From the NCBI GenBank assembly GCA_944358125.1, contig CALVQM010000002.1, positions 1-38,943 on the forward strand: a stretch of DNA of 38,943 bases. Direction: 5' to 3'. This document shows positions 17,823 through 27,484 of this stretch, one piece after another. Made by a program: the position numbers and the translations under genes. This stretch comes from an uncultured Bacilli bacterium. GTDB lineage: Bacteria > Bacillota_I > Bacilli_A > RF39 > UBA660. The notes under the pieces were generated by a model, which saw only the letters and a program-made list of their open reading frames with translations, did not search any database and was not told where the DNA came from. Numbering within the stretch: position 1 is the first letter of the stretch; every line of letters begins with the position of its first letter.

Positions 17823-19274
17823 ATGTTTTGCAGTAAGTGTGGTACCAAAAATGAAAGTGGAGCAAAATTTTGTGAAAAATGTGGAAATAAATTGGAAGAT
17901 ATTATAAAACCCAATTATTCTAAAAATAAAAAAATAAATAATATCAAAGCGAAAGCTAAAGAATTACCTAAAAAGGCAAAAATAGGTATTATTAGTGCCA
18001 TAGTTATTATTATCGCGGCTATTATAGCTTTAGTTATCTTACTAAATAATCCGGTGAAAAAAGTCGAAAATTATTTAGCTAGTTACTATAACAATTATAC
18101 TGAAAATTATGGTAATGAAGAATTAGTAAAAATAGGGGATATCTTAAAAGCTAATAAAGATAAAAAAGATACTTTAGAAAGTATCTCAAGCCAAATTAAT
18201 AAAACCATAAATAATTGGGTAAAAAATTTCAATAAATCATATAAAGATGAAGAAGAATTAGATAAAGAATATCAAAAAGTATCTGGTATTCTAGATGAAA
18301 TTGAAAATTATTTTAATGGTTTAGAATATGTTTTAACTTATGAAGATTATTATAATTATTACAAAGAAATTCATGATTTAAATACATCTAAAGAAAATTA
18401 TTTTAAAGCTGTAGAGGCTAGTGATGATTATGATAAATATAATTATTATAAAGAAGTAATTGAAAGTGATACCTATTATGAAGAAGCTGAAAAATTTCTA
18501 AATGATTATTTAAAAGATGAAATATCTGACTTACAAACTAAAGTTAAAGAATTAACTAATTTTAATGAAGATATTAAAACGGAAGAAAAATTAAATGCTT
18601 ATATAGAAGTAATAGAGTATCTAGAAGAAAATCAATATAAAAACAAAATTGATTTAAGTACCAATAAAGAGTATCTTGCTTTATATCAAGATGCTACTAG
18701 TAAAATAGTAGAATATACAAAATCTTATGCTGAAGAATTAAATACTAATTTAAAAACTAATGATATTATGGATATGATTGATAATTCACTTGATGTATTA
18801 GACTATGATAGTGATGAGTATAATGAATTAGAAGAACTAAAAGACTCATATGAAGAGAAGTTACCAGATAGTCTAACTTCTAAATATATTGTCTCATCAT
18901 CAAGCGGTACCAATGACTCATCTTATCGTATTACTATTAATGATCAAGAATACGATAGTTATGTAAGTTTCAGTTTTAAAGGTGAAACCGTAAGTAGAGT
19001 ATATCGCTTAAATAATGAATATAAAACCTTTAAAGCAACCATTGTTAGAGGTCCAGATTGGGATTCGGATTTTTCTGGTGAAATAGTGATTTATGGTGAT
19101 GATAAAGAATTATATCGTTCTGGTGAAATTACCAAAACCGGAGAGTTAAATAGTGAAATAAGCATTGATGTAACAGACGTTGATGATTTAAGAATAGAAT
19201 TTGTAACCGAAAGTGAACCAGATGGTTGGGCAAATTTCTATATTTACTTAGTTGAGCCATATTTATATAAATAG
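17823..19274 (+). CDS. Zinc-ribbon / single-TM protein with acidic helical ectodomain and C-terminal beta-sandwich (NPCBM-like) domain
   Basis: The N-terminus is MFCSKCGTKNESGAKFCEKCGNKL. The TM segment is IGIISAIVIIIAAIIALVILL. The C-terminus FKATIVRG...GEIVIYGDDKELYRSGEI...ISIDVTDVDDLRIEF resembles the NPCBM pattern. Confidence 0.6.
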   Translation: MFCSKCGTKNESGAKFCEKCGNKLEDIIKPNYSKNKKINNIKAKAKELPKKAKIGIISAIVIIIAAIIALVILLNNPVKKVENYLASYYNNYTENYGNEELVKIGDILKANKDKKDTLESISSQINKTINNWVKNFNKSYKDEEELDKEYQKVSGILDEIENYFNGLEYVLTYEDYYNYYKEIHDLNTSKENYFKAVEASDDYDKYNYYKEVIESDTYYEEAEKFLNDYLKDEISDLQTKVKELTNFNEDIKTEEKLNAYIEVIEYLEENQYKNKIDLSTNKEYLALYQDATSKIVEYTKSYAEELNTNLKTNDIMDMIDNSLDVLDYDSDEYNELEELKDSYEEKLPDSLTSKYIVSSSSGTNDSSYRITINDQEYDSYVSFSFKGETVSRVYRLNNEYKTFKATIVRGPDWDSDFSGEIVIYGDDKELYRSGEITKTGELNSEISIDVTDVDDLRIEFVTESEPDGWANFYIYLVEPYLYK

Positions 19275-19295
19275 GAAAAAGGAGTGTGAGTAAAA

Positions 19296-20159
19296 ATGGC
19301 TGAAGAAAAAAAAGATACAACAAAGAAAAGTACACCAAAGAAAAAAGAAGCAGTAGAAGAAATTAAAGTAGAAAAAAGATTCTGTACCAAATGTGGTAAA
19401 GAATTAAAAGAAGGAGAGGTATGTACTTGTAGTGCAAATGAGCCAGCTAGTAGCAATGCTACAGTAAATGGTGATGTAATTGTAAATACCTGTAAAAATG
19501 TTTGGAACACAATTATTAATGTTTTCAAACGTCCAGCATCAACAATTGCTGAAGAAATAGAAAGCAAAGAAACTAATAAAAGTATTATTTTAACAGTAAT
19601 ATTAGCTATAACTTTTGCACTATATTTAATGGCAATAGTATCTATGTCTGCTAAAAGTGCCGCTGAAGCAACATGGGGATTAACATCTTCTGTTGTAAAA
19701 GTAAACTATTTCCAAGTGTTTATTTATGGAATATTAATTTATGCTATTATGGCAATTTTACCAATGGTAGCAGCTCTAATTGTAGCTAAAATTACCAAAA
19801 ATAGTAGCTTTACTTTCAAAAAAGCATTTAAACTTTATATTACAAGTAATGCTCCATTAACATTAGTTTATTTAGGAATGGCTATTATTTTCTTAATTAA
19901 TGTACCATTACTAAATGTATTAGGACTTATTGCTTCTTTAATAATTAGTCTTGCATGTTTCTTCAATTTTATGTTAGGCTTTAATAAAGAAACAAAAATT
20001 AAAGATGACAGCAGAAGTTATGCTCTTACTGGCTTAATGACATTATGGATTGTTATGGTTATTGTAGCATTCCTAATTGTTGGAGCTACTCTAGTAGGAA
20101 GTATGATAGATACTAAAACAAGCAGTTTAGACAATTATAGTGATATCTTTAATTGGTAA
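19296..20159 (+). CDS. Zinc-ribbon-like N-terminus plus five-TM (Yip1-like) membrane protein
   Basis: There is a K/E-rich N-terminus containing CTKCGKELKEGEVCTC. About 5 hydrophobic helices follow. The RBS is AAAGGAG. Confidence 0.6.
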   Translation: MAEEKKDTTKKSTPKKKEAVEEIKVEKRFCTKCGKELKEGEVCTCSANEPASSNATVNGDVIVNTCKNVWNTIINVFKRPASTIAEEIESKETNKSIILTVILAITFALYLMAIVSMSAKSAAEATWGLTSSVVKVNYFQVFIYGILIYAIMAILPMVAALIVAKITKNSSFTFKKAFKLYITSNAPLTLVYLGMAIIFLINVPLLNVLGLIASLIISLACFFNFMLGFNKETKIKDDSRSYALTGLMTLWIVMVIVAFLIVGATLVGSMIDTKTSSLDNYSDIFNW

Positions 20160-20185
20160 AGTGTAAAATTTATGCAAATAACATA

Positions 20186-20214
20186 TTGGCTTAAGCAAGG
20201 AAATATGTTATACT
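20186..20214 (+). promoter_or_regulatory. Extended -10 promoter immediately upstream of a double hairpin
   Basis: TTGGCT (20186-20191), a 17-nt spacer, then TGtTATACT (20206-20214). Confidence 0.4.
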
Positions 20215-20217
20215 TAT

Positions 20218-20298
20218 GAAGTAGACATTAATAGAAGTTTTATTAATTGTCTACTTCCATACCAAACTATGTTTATTTTATATAAACATAGTTTTTCT
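20218..20298 (+). terminator. Two consecutive strong hairpins, the second followed by a T-run (tandem terminator or short independent RNA)
   Basis: Hairpin 1 (20218-20257) pairs GAAGTAGACATTAATA with TATTAATTGTCTACTTC, giving 16 bp with one bulge. Hairpin 2 (20264-20294) pairs AAACTATGTTTA with TAAACATAGTTT, giving 12 bp, and is followed by TTCTATT. Confidence 0.55.
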
Positions 20299-20311
20299 AT
20301 TGCATTTTTAT

Positions 20312-20340
20312 TTGCCTAAATACCAAATTAAAGGTATAAT
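20312..20340 (+). promoter_or_regulatory. Promoter of the ZIP transporter gene
   Basis: TTGCCT (20312-20317), a 17-nt spacer, then TATAAT (20335-20340). Confidence 0.5.
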
Positions 20341-20358
20341 TAGAGTGGGTGTTTTATT

Positions 20359-21111
20359 ATGGATAAATATATGGGTCTTATTTTAACCCTTATTGCAGGT
20401 TTATTTTTTCTAGTAGGGGGCTTAATATCTTTAAAAGTAAAAAATAAAGATAAGTTAAATCATTTTAGTATTGCCTTAGCTTTAGTAATTATTTTAAATT
20501 TATTAGTTATGGATTTAATACCAGAAATATTTGAATTACTAGAAAATTATGAATTAGGATTTAAAATTCTTTTAATAGTTATTTTTGCTACTTTAGGAAT
20601 TCTAATTTTGAAAATACTAGATTTCTTTATTCCTGACCATCATCATGAACACCATGATAATGAAATTGATAAAAAAGAGCATGTATCTCATATGCGCCAC
20701 ATTGGAACTCTTACTTTAATAAGTTTAATTTTACATAACTTATTAGAAGGATTTGCTATAGCAGGTAACGCTGCTAATAATACGGAAATGGGTTTTATGA
20801 TTTGTTTATCAGTAGCGCTACATAACATTCCTTTAGGAACAACGATTTTTAGTTCCCTAGATATTAAGAAAAACAAATTATTAGTCTTAAGTTTAACTTT
20901 ATCTAGCTTACTAGGTGGTCTAATTTTCTTAATAATTGGTAATATTTCTCTTTTAGCTTTAGCTATAATAAGTATTATTACTTTTGGAATGCTCATGTAT
21001 ATTGCCGTATTAGAACTCTTACCAGAGTTATGGCATAATATAGCAAAGAAAGAAACCGTGATGGGATTACTCGCAGGCCTAATTATTATTATAATTGCGA
21101 TGTTTATATAA
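20359..21111 (+). CDS. zupT: ZIP-family divalent metal (zinc) transporter
   Basis: The His-rich loop DHHHEHHDNE and the ZIP signatures HNLLEGFAIA and HNIPLG are present. There are about 8 TM helices. Confidence 0.85.
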   Translation: MDKYMGLILTLIAGLFFLVGGLISLKVKNKDKLNHFSIALALVIILNLLVMDLIPEIFELLENYELGFKILLIVIFATLGILILKILDFFIPDHHHEHHDNEIDKKEHVSHMRHIGTLTLISLILHNLLEGFAIAGNAANNTEMGFMICLSVALHNIPLGTTIFSSLDIKKNKLLVLSLTLSSLLGGLIFLIIGNISLLALAIISIITFGMLMYIAVLELLPELWHNIAKKETVMGLLAGLIIIIIAMFI

Positions 21112-21124
21112 GGAAGTGATCAAA

Positions 21125-22060
21125 GTGAAAAAAGTTTTAGTAACAGGAGCCGGAGGCTCAATTGGCGTAAATGTAATCAAGTATTTATTAAGTGAAGGAA
21201 AATATGAAATTACAGCATTAGATTTACGTAATAAAAAAAGTCAAAAAAGATTAAAAAGATATCGTCGTCGAATTAATCTGATTTATGGAGACATGAATGA
21301 TTCTGTTTTAATGGATGCTTTAGTAAGAGATCATGATTATATCATTCATTTAGCAGGTATTATGCCTCCTATCGCTGATATTAAGCATAATTTAAGTGAA
21401 ATGATTGATTACAAAGGAACAGAGAATTTAATTAAAGCCATTAACATGTTTAATCCTGATGCATATTTATTCTTTGCTTCTTCTACAACCATTTATGGTA
21501 AAGTACCAAAAGCTAATTGCAAAACAAAACCTAAATTAACTAGTTTAGATTATTATAGTAATACTAAATTAAAAATTGAACATTTAATTGCCTCAAAAGT
21601 AAAAAATTATAGCATTATTCGCTTACCTTTAGTTTTAACCAATCCTAAAAATGGAGCTTTTATGTATAATGTTAAATTAAATAGTCAAGTAGAAGCTATA
21701 ACCGATAATGATGCTGGTTATTTATTTGTCAGTGCTCTAAATCATACCAAAGAGTTAAATCAAAAAAATTGGAATGCTACCGGAGGGGCAGATACAACCA
21801 ATACTTATCGTTATATTTTAGCTAATGTCTTAAAAATATATGGCTTAAGTTTTAAATATTTATTAACACTTTTATTTGTCGATAAAAATTTTTATAGTCA
21901 CACTTATGAAGATAGTGATGATTTAGAGCATATTCTAGAATTTAGAAGTGATTCTTTATCATCTTATTATATGCGTCTTAAAAGAACTGTTAAAGGTCGT
22001 CATATAGCTCGCTTTTTAGCCAAACCATTTATACTAGTTTTAAATAGAAAGCAAAAATGA
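21125..22060 (+). CDS. NAD-dependent epimerase/dehydratase (extended SDR)
   Basis: Rossmann motif VLVTGAGGSIG and the YxxxK motif (YSNTKLK) are present. The GTG at 21125, with RBS AAGGAAG (21111-21117), is preferred over the ATG at 21095 inside the ZIP gene. Confidence 0.8.
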   Translation: MKKVLVTGAGGSIGVNVIKYLLSEGKYEITALDLRNKKSQKRLKRYRRRINLIYGDMNDSVLMDALVRDHDYIIHLAGIMPPIADIKHNLSEMIDYKGTENLIKAINMFNPDAYLFFASSTTIYGKVPKANCKTKPKLTSLDYYSNTKLKIEHLIASKVKNYSIIRLPLVLTNPKNGAFMYNVKLNSQVEAITDNDAGYLFVSALNHTKELNQKNWNATGGADTTNTYRYILANVLKIYGLSFKYLLTLLFVDKNFYSHTYEDSDDLEHILEFRSDSLSSYYMRLKRTVKGRHIARFLAKPFILVLNRKQK

Positions 22061-23106
22061 CTGGTTTAGCTTTAGAAGGTGGGGGAACAAGAGGTTCATA
22101 TCAAGCTGGAGCTTATATAGCTCTAAAAGAATGTGGAATAAAAATTGACGGAGTATGTGGAACTAGTATTGGAGCTTTAAATGGAGCTTTTATAGCCAGC
22201 CAAAAGGGTAGTGAATTACCTAGAATTTGGCGTAACAGTAATATAGGAGCTCTCTTTGGTTTTTCTAAAGAATATGTGGAATGTGTAGAAGCAGGGAAGA
22301 TTAATTTAAAGTATTTCAAAAGTAGTATTCTAAATATTTTAAATATTATTATAAATAAAGGAATAGAATTAGATGGTTTAAAAAAATTATTAGACCAAGA
22401 ATTAAATGTGGATGAACTAATGAAAAGTCCCATCGATTTTGGTTTAGTAACCGTACGTCTTAAAGATTTAAAACCTATTTGCTTGTTTAAAAAAGACATG
22501 GAAAAAAATCTTATTAAAGACTATATTATAGCAAGTTCATTCTTACCAGTTTTTAAAATGGAAAAATTAATTGATGACAATTATTATTTAGATGGTGGCT
22601 TTTATGATGTAAGTCCTGTAAATATGTTGTTAGAGCATGGTTATAAAAAAGTTTATTTAATTAAAAATTATGGCATAGGGCTTCATCGTAAATATAAGGA
22701 AGATGCTGATGTTATAGTTATTGAGCCTAAAAGAAGTTTAGGGAATGTTTTAGATATTGATGCTAAAAGAATAGAGGAAAATATTCAAATGGGCTATTAT
22801 GATACTTTAAAAGTAATCAAAAATTTAGATGGACTAGACTTTGTTTTTAAAGTAAAAAAAGAAAGTTTCTATAAAAGATTAAATAGAAAAATTCCTAAAT
22901 ATGAATATCGTCGTCTAAAACATTTCCTAAATGCTAAAACAGAAAAAGAAACAGTAATTAAAGCTCTTGAATACATAATGAAAAAAGAGCACTTTACATA
23001 TTATAAAATTTATAATATTAATAAAGTAATAAAAAAAATCAAAAAACTTAAAAAAGAAGAAAATCATTTTGTTTATAATTATATAAGAAAATTAAGACTT
23101 TTCTAA
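22057..23106 (+). CDS. Patatin-like phospholipase
   Basis: The oxyanion motif GLALEGGGTRGS, the nucleophile elbow GTSIGA (GxSxG) and the DGG motif (YLDGGFYD) are present. The start overlaps the upstream stop (ATGA). Confidence 0.85.
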   Translation: MTGLALEGGGTRGSYQAGAYIALKECGIKIDGVCGTSIGALNGAFIASQKGSELPRIWRNSNIGALFGFSKEYVECVEAGKINLKYFKSSILNILNIIINKGIELDGLKKLLDQELNVDELMKSPIDFGLVTVRLKDLKPICLFKKDMEKNLIKDYIIASSFLPVFKMEKLIDDNYYLDGGFYDVSPVNMLLEHGYKKVYLIKNYGIGLHRKYKEDADVIVIEPKRSLGNVLDIDAKRIEENIQMGYYDTLKVIKNLDGLDFVFKVKKESFYKRLNRKIPKYEYRRLKHFLNAKTEKETVIKALEYIMKKEHFTYYKIYNINKVIKKIKKLKKEENHFVYNYIRKLRLF

Positions 23107-23112
23107 TAATAG

Positions 23113-23141
23113 TAGACATAAAATATTTCAAGTGATATAAT
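23113..23141 (+). promoter_or_regulatory. Extended -10 promoter of yebC
   Basis: TAGACA (23113-23118), a 17-nt spacer, then TGaTATAAT (23133-23141). Confidence 0.5.
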
Positions 23142-23163
23142 TGACTAGATTTGGAGGGATATT

Positions 23164-23886
23164 ATGGGACGTGCATATGAAGTTAGAAAAGCAAGTATCC
23201 AAAAAACAGGAGCAATAAAAGCCAAAACCTATTCTACATTTGCTAAAGAAATATATTTAGCAGCTAAAAAAGGAGTACCAGAAATAGAAAGTAATATTTT
23301 CTTAAAAAGAATTGTCGAAAAAGCCAAAAAAGCTCAAGTACCAAGTGATATAATAAATCGAGCAATTGATAAAGCCAAAGGCGTAGGCGGCGAAGACTAC
23401 CATGAAGTAATTTATGAAGGATTTGGCCCTGGAGCTTCTACTTTAATCATCAAAACTCTAACTGATAATGTTAATAGAACAGTGGGCATGGTTCGTGCAG
23501 CTTTTAATAAAGTTCATAAAAGTTTAGGGGTAAATAATAGTGTAGCTTATAACTACGATTATATAGCTCTTCTAGCTTTTAAAACCAATAAAGAAGAAGA
23601 AATATTCGAAGGCTTACTAGAAGCAGGAATTGAACCTATAGAATTTGAAAGTGCCGATGGAGAACTAACTATCAGCGTTCATCCTAATGATGCTAATAAT
23701 GCCAAAGACGTAATTGAAAGCATAGAACCAAATGTTGAATATGAACTAGATGAAGTAGGAATGTACCCTAAAAATAAAGTAGATTTAAATGCCGAAGATT
23801 TAGAAACATTTGATAAATTATATAAAATGCTTGATGAAATAGAAGATGTAACGGATATTTATCATAATGTTAATGGAAGAGATTAA
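23164..23886 (+). CDS. yebC: YebC/PmpR-family protein
   Basis: The N-terminus is MGRAYEVRKASIQKTGAIKAKTYS. YEGFGPGASTLIIKTLTDNVNRT is typical of the family. Length is 240 aa. Confidence 0.9.
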   Translation: MGRAYEVRKASIQKTGAIKAKTYSTFAKEIYLAAKKGVPEIESNIFLKRIVEKAKKAQVPSDIINRAIDKAKGVGGEDYHEVIYEGFGPGASTLIIKTLTDNVNRTVGMVRAAFNKVHKSLGVNNSVAYNYDYIALLAFKTNKEEEIFEGLLEAGIEPIEFESADGELTISVHPNDANNAKDVIESIEPNVEYELDEVGMYPKNKVDLNAEDLETFDKLYKMLDEIEDVTDIYHNVNGRD

Positions 23887-23901
23887 CAATTTATTTTTAT
23901 A

Positions 23902-23930
23902 AAACTACCTTTTACAGGTAGTTTTAATAT
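23902..23930 (+). terminator. Terminator of yebC
   Basis: AAACTACCT (23902-23910) pairs with AGGTAGTTT (23916-23924) around the loop TTTAC. The T-run lies partly within the stem. Confidence 0.5.
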
Positions 23931-23964
23931 GACAAAATCTGACAACATCCTACCTTTAAAATTC

Positions 23965-23993
23965 ATGACAATTAATATATTCCGTGTTATAAT
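23965..23993 (+). promoter_or_regulatory. Extended -10 promoter of the PFOR gene
   Basis: ATGACA (23965-23970), a 17-nt spacer, then TGtTATAAT (23985-23993). Confidence 0.55.
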
Positions 23994-24011
23994 TAATTTA
24001 GGTGATAGTAA

Positions 24012-27000
24012 ATGAAAATATGTGATGGAAATAAAGCTTGTAGTGATATAGCATACTTTTTTAGTGAAATATCTAGTATTTATCCTATAACGCCATCTAG
24101 TCCTATGGCATCAAATATTGATTCATTAAGTCATGATAAATTAAATTTATTTGGTGCCCCGGTAAAATTAATTGAAATGCAAAGTGAAGCTGGAGCTGCT
24201 GGTACTCTTCATGGAGCCTTAATTAGTGGGTCTCTTGCCTCTACTTTTACAGCCTCTCAAGGACTTCTACTTATGATACCCAATATGTATAAAATAGCAG
24301 GAGAAATGCTTCCAGGAGTAATTCATGTAGCAGCTAGAACCATTGCGACCAATGCTTTATCTATATTTGGTGATCATAGTGATATTTATGCGACACGTTC
24401 TACAGGTTTTGCTATTCTTGCCTCATCTAATGTTTGTGATGCCCAAAATTTGGCCGCTGTAGCTCATTTATCAGCCATAAAAGGGTCTATTCCTTTCTTA
24501 CATTTCTTTGATGGCTTTAGAACTAGTCATGAAATTAGTAGTATTCAAGAATTACCCGAAGAAAAATTAAAAGAATTAATACCTTGGGATGCCATTGATG
24601 AATTTAAAAAGAAATCTTTAAATGTCGGTTCTGGTATTCAAAAAGGCATGGCTATGAACGAAGATATCTTCTTTCAAACCCAAGAAGCCCGCAATCCAAA
24701 TTATAATTCACTCCCAGATATCGTAAATGATTATATGGCAAGTATTAATAAAATAATGGGTACTAGTTATAAACCATTTACTTATTATGGTGCTCCTGAT
24801 GCTAAAAATATTATTATAGCAATGGGAAGTATTACGGATACTATTAAATTAGTTATTGATGAAGAATTAAAGAAGAATGAAAAAATCGGTTTAATTACGG
24901 TCCATTTATATCGTCCATTTAGTCCTAAATATTTACTAAATGTTCTTCCTGATACTGTTAAAAATATTGCTGTCCTAGATAGAACTAAAGAAGCAGGTTC
25001 TAATGGTGAACCATTATATTTAGATGTTGTAAATGCCCTAAAAGAAAGTGATATTCATATTGTAGGTGGTCGTTTTGGCTTATCTAGTAAAAATACTACT
25101 CCAGCTGATATTAAAAGCGTTTACACCATGCTAAATAAAGAATTAAAAAACAATTTTACCATAGGTATTATTGATGATTTAACTAGCACTAGTTTACCAA
25201 AAGAAAATTATAAGATTTCACTAGATGCGAAAGAATTATTAATTTATGGTTATGGTTCTGATGGCTGTGTAAGTGCTTCTAAAGACATTCTAAAAATTAT
25301 GGGACATGCTGGTTCATTTGTTAATGGCTATTTTTCCTATGATTCTAAAAAAAGTGGTGGTGTAACCGTAAGTAATTTACGTATTAGTAATCACCCCATA
25401 AATGCACCTTTTTATGTTGAAACACCAAGCTTAATAGTCGTAACCAAAGATGAATATTTTAAAAAATTTAGTATGATTAAAAATATTATTCCCAATGGAA
25501 CTATTATTGTTAATACAAATAAAACGGAAGAAGAATTTAATAATCTTTTAAGTTTAGAAGATACCCAAATAATAAATGAAAGAAATACTAAAGTATTTAC
25601 AATTGATGCTGATCATATTGCGGCTTCCTCTGGTATTCGTGGAAAAATTAGTAAAATTATCGAAATGATTGTTTTAGCTAAATTAGAAATACCAAATGCT
25701 CAAGAATTAATTACCGAAAGTATCAAAACTAGTTTTAAAACCAAAGGACAAAACATCATTGATGCTAATATTAAAGCGATTAAGGAAGCATTAAATAATC
25801 TAGTTGAAATTAAAATAACTCCGAAAACTGGCAAATGGGAAAAAGAAGATTTAGATGTTTTTACCAAAATTAATCGTCGTCTAGGAGATGAACTAACAGT
25901 AAGTGAAGTATCAAGTCTAAAAACCGGAACTTTCCCAGATGGCTTAAGTAAGTTAGAAAAAAGACATGTTAATAATGTTGCTCCTAAATGGATTAAAGAA
26001 AATTGCATTGAGTGTGGAAGATGTAGTTTTGTATGTCCTCATGCTGTTATTAGAACATTCATAACCAAAGATCAAGAAGGCATTCCTCTGCTAGCGAATA
26101 AAGAATATACTTATCAAGTACTAGTAAGTGAAGTAGATTGTACAGAATGTGGCTTATGTATTCTAGAATGTCCAGGCAAGAATGGTAAGAAAGCATTAGA
26201 ATTTGGACCAGTTGATATTGAAAGTTGGAAGAAAGCCAATAATTATTTTAATACTTATGAAAACCCTGAAATATTAAATAAATTTACCGTTCCTGGTGCA
26301 TCTTTATGTAAACCAAGATTTGAATTTAGTGGAGCTTGTGCTGGATGCGGGGAAACACCATATATTAATTTAATCACAAGACTATTTGGTGATGAATTAG
26401 TAATTGCTAATGCTACTGGCTGTTCTAGCATTTATGGTGGCTCTGTTCCAACTACTCCATATACCATTCCTTGGGCTAACTCTTTATTTGAAGATAATGC
26501 AGAATTTGCTTTAGGTATGCACTTATCTTATCAAAGTAAAAAAGAATTAATTAAAAAAATTATGGAACAAGAAATAAATAATGTTAGTGAAGAAGTAAAA
26601 CTTTTATTCGAACAATACTTAAATAATCCTAATGACTTTAAAACAACATGGGATATCAAAAATAAATTATCTATCCTAGAAATACCTCCTAAACTAAAAA
26701 GCTTACTAAATTATCTTCCTGCAAGAACTGTTCTAGCTATTGGCGGTGATGGTTGGGCTTATGACATAGGTTTTGGCGGTCTAGATCATGTTTTATCAAC
26801 TAATGAAAATATTAAAGTATTAGTATTAGATACCGAAGTTTATTCCAATACCGGAGGACAAGCTTCTAAAGCTAGTAAACTAGGAGCTGTAGCCGAGTTT
26901 GCTGACTTTGGTAAAAAAACTGCTAAAAAAGATTTATTTAGGTTTGCTATGTCAATACCAAACTGTTATGTTGCAAGTATTAGTTTAGGAGCCAATATGC

Positions 27001-27368
27001 AGCATTCTATTAAAGTAATGAAAGAAGCTATGGAACATAATGGTCCTGCTATAATTATTGCTTACTCACCATGTATTGAACAAGGAATTAAAACCGGTAT
27101 GTCTCATTCCATTGAAGAAGAAAAACTAGCTAGTGAAGTAGGATATACACTTTTAATGCGTTATAATCCAGTTGAAGAAAAATTATACATGGACAATAAA
27201 GAACCAAATTTTGATAATTATGAATTATTTTTAGACAATGAAGTAAGATATAATGCTCTAAAAATAAAAGATAAAGATTTAGCTAAAGAATTATTATCAA
27301 AACAAATAGAAAATGCTAAAAAAAGATATGCTTATTATAAAGAATTAAGTCAAAAAGAAAACATTTAA
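24012..27368 (+). CDS. nifJ: Pyruvate:ferredoxin (flavodoxin) oxidoreductase, single-polypeptide type
   Basis: 1118 aa. Two 4Fe-4S ferredoxin motifs are present (CIECGRCSFVCPH, CTECGLCILECP). The TPP-binding region is GGDGWAYDIGFGGLDH, followed by LVLDTEVYSNTGGQ. Confidence 0.95.
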   Translation: MKICDGNKACSDIAYFFSEISSIYPITPSSPMASNIDSLSHDKLNLFGAPVKLIEMQSEAGAAGTLHGALISGSLASTFTASQGLLLMIPNMYKIAGEMLPGVIHVAARTIATNALSIFGDHSDIYATRSTGFAILASSNVCDAQNLAAVAHLSAIKGSIPFLHFFDGFRTSHEISSIQELPEEKLKELIPWDAIDEFKKKSLNVGSGIQKGMAMNEDIFFQTQEARNPNYNSLPDIVNDYMASINKIMGTSYKPFTYYGAPDAKNIIIAMGSITDTIKLVIDEELKKNEKIGLITVHLYRPFSPKYLLNVLPDTVKNIAVLDRTKEAGSNGEPLYLDVVNALKESDIHIVGGRFGLSSKNTTPADIKSVYTMLNKELKNNFTIGIIDDLTSTSLPKENYKISLDAKELLIYGYGSDGCVSASKDILKIMGHAGSFVNGYFSYDSKKSGGVTVSNLRISNHPINAPFYVETPSLIVVTKDEYFKKFSMIKNIIPNGTIIVNTNKTEEEFNNLLSLEDTQIINERNTKVFTIDADHIAASSGIRGKISKIIEMIVLAKLEIPNAQELITESIKTSFKTKGQNIIDANIKAIKEALNNLVEIKITPKTGKWEKEDLDVFTKINRRLGDELTVSEVSSLKTGTFPDGLSKLEKRHVNNVAPKWIKENCIECGRCSFVCPHAVIRTFITKDQEGIPLLANKEYTYQVLVSEVDCTECGLCILECPGKNGKKALEFGPVDIESWKKANNYFNTYENPEILNKFTVPGASLCKPRFEFSGACAGCGETPYINLITRLFGDELVIANATGCSSIYGGSVPTTPYTIPWANSLFEDNAEFALGMHLSYQSKKELIKKIMEQEINNVSEEVKLLFEQYLNNPNDFKTTWDIKNKLSILEIPPKLKSLLNYLPARTVLAIGGDGWAYDIGFGGLDHVLSTNENIKVLVLDTEVYSNTGGQASKASKLGAVAEFADFGKKTAKKDLFRFAMSIPNCYVASISLGANMQHSIKVMKEAMEHNGPAIIIAYSPCIEQGIKTGMSHSIEEEKLASEVGYTLLMRYNPVEEKLYMDNKEPNFDNYELFLDNEVRYNALKIKDKDLAKELLSKQIENAKKRYAYYKELSQKENI

Positions 27369-27396
27369 AAAGGTTTTCTTTTTATCTTATAGGAAA

Positions 27397-27420
27397 GTAC
27401 ACAAAAAACGTGTATTTTTA
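27397..27420 (+). terminator. Weak terminator after PFOR
   Basis: GTACAC (27397-27402) pairs with GTGTAT (27410-27415, with a terminal G-U pair). TTTTTA follows. Confidence 0.4.
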
Positions 27421-27430
27421 AAATTTAGTC

Positions 27431-27459
27431 TTGACGAACATACGTATTTATAGTATAAT
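27431..27459 (+). promoter_or_regulatory. Promoter of tnpB
   Basis: TTGACG (27431-27436), a 17-nt spacer, then TATAAT (27454-27459). The RBS GGGGTGA and the ATG at 27485 follow. Confidence 0.55.
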
Positions 27460-27484
27460 GCTATTATCAGGGGTGATAATGATT

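Noticed and set aside
20269-20319. A 16-codon ORF (MFILYKHSFSIAFLFA) inside the second hairpin upstream of the ZIP gene, as a possible leader peptide
   Set aside because: It has no Shine-Dalgarno sequence. Its start codon is buried in a 12-bp stem. Its composition simply reflects T-rich sequence.
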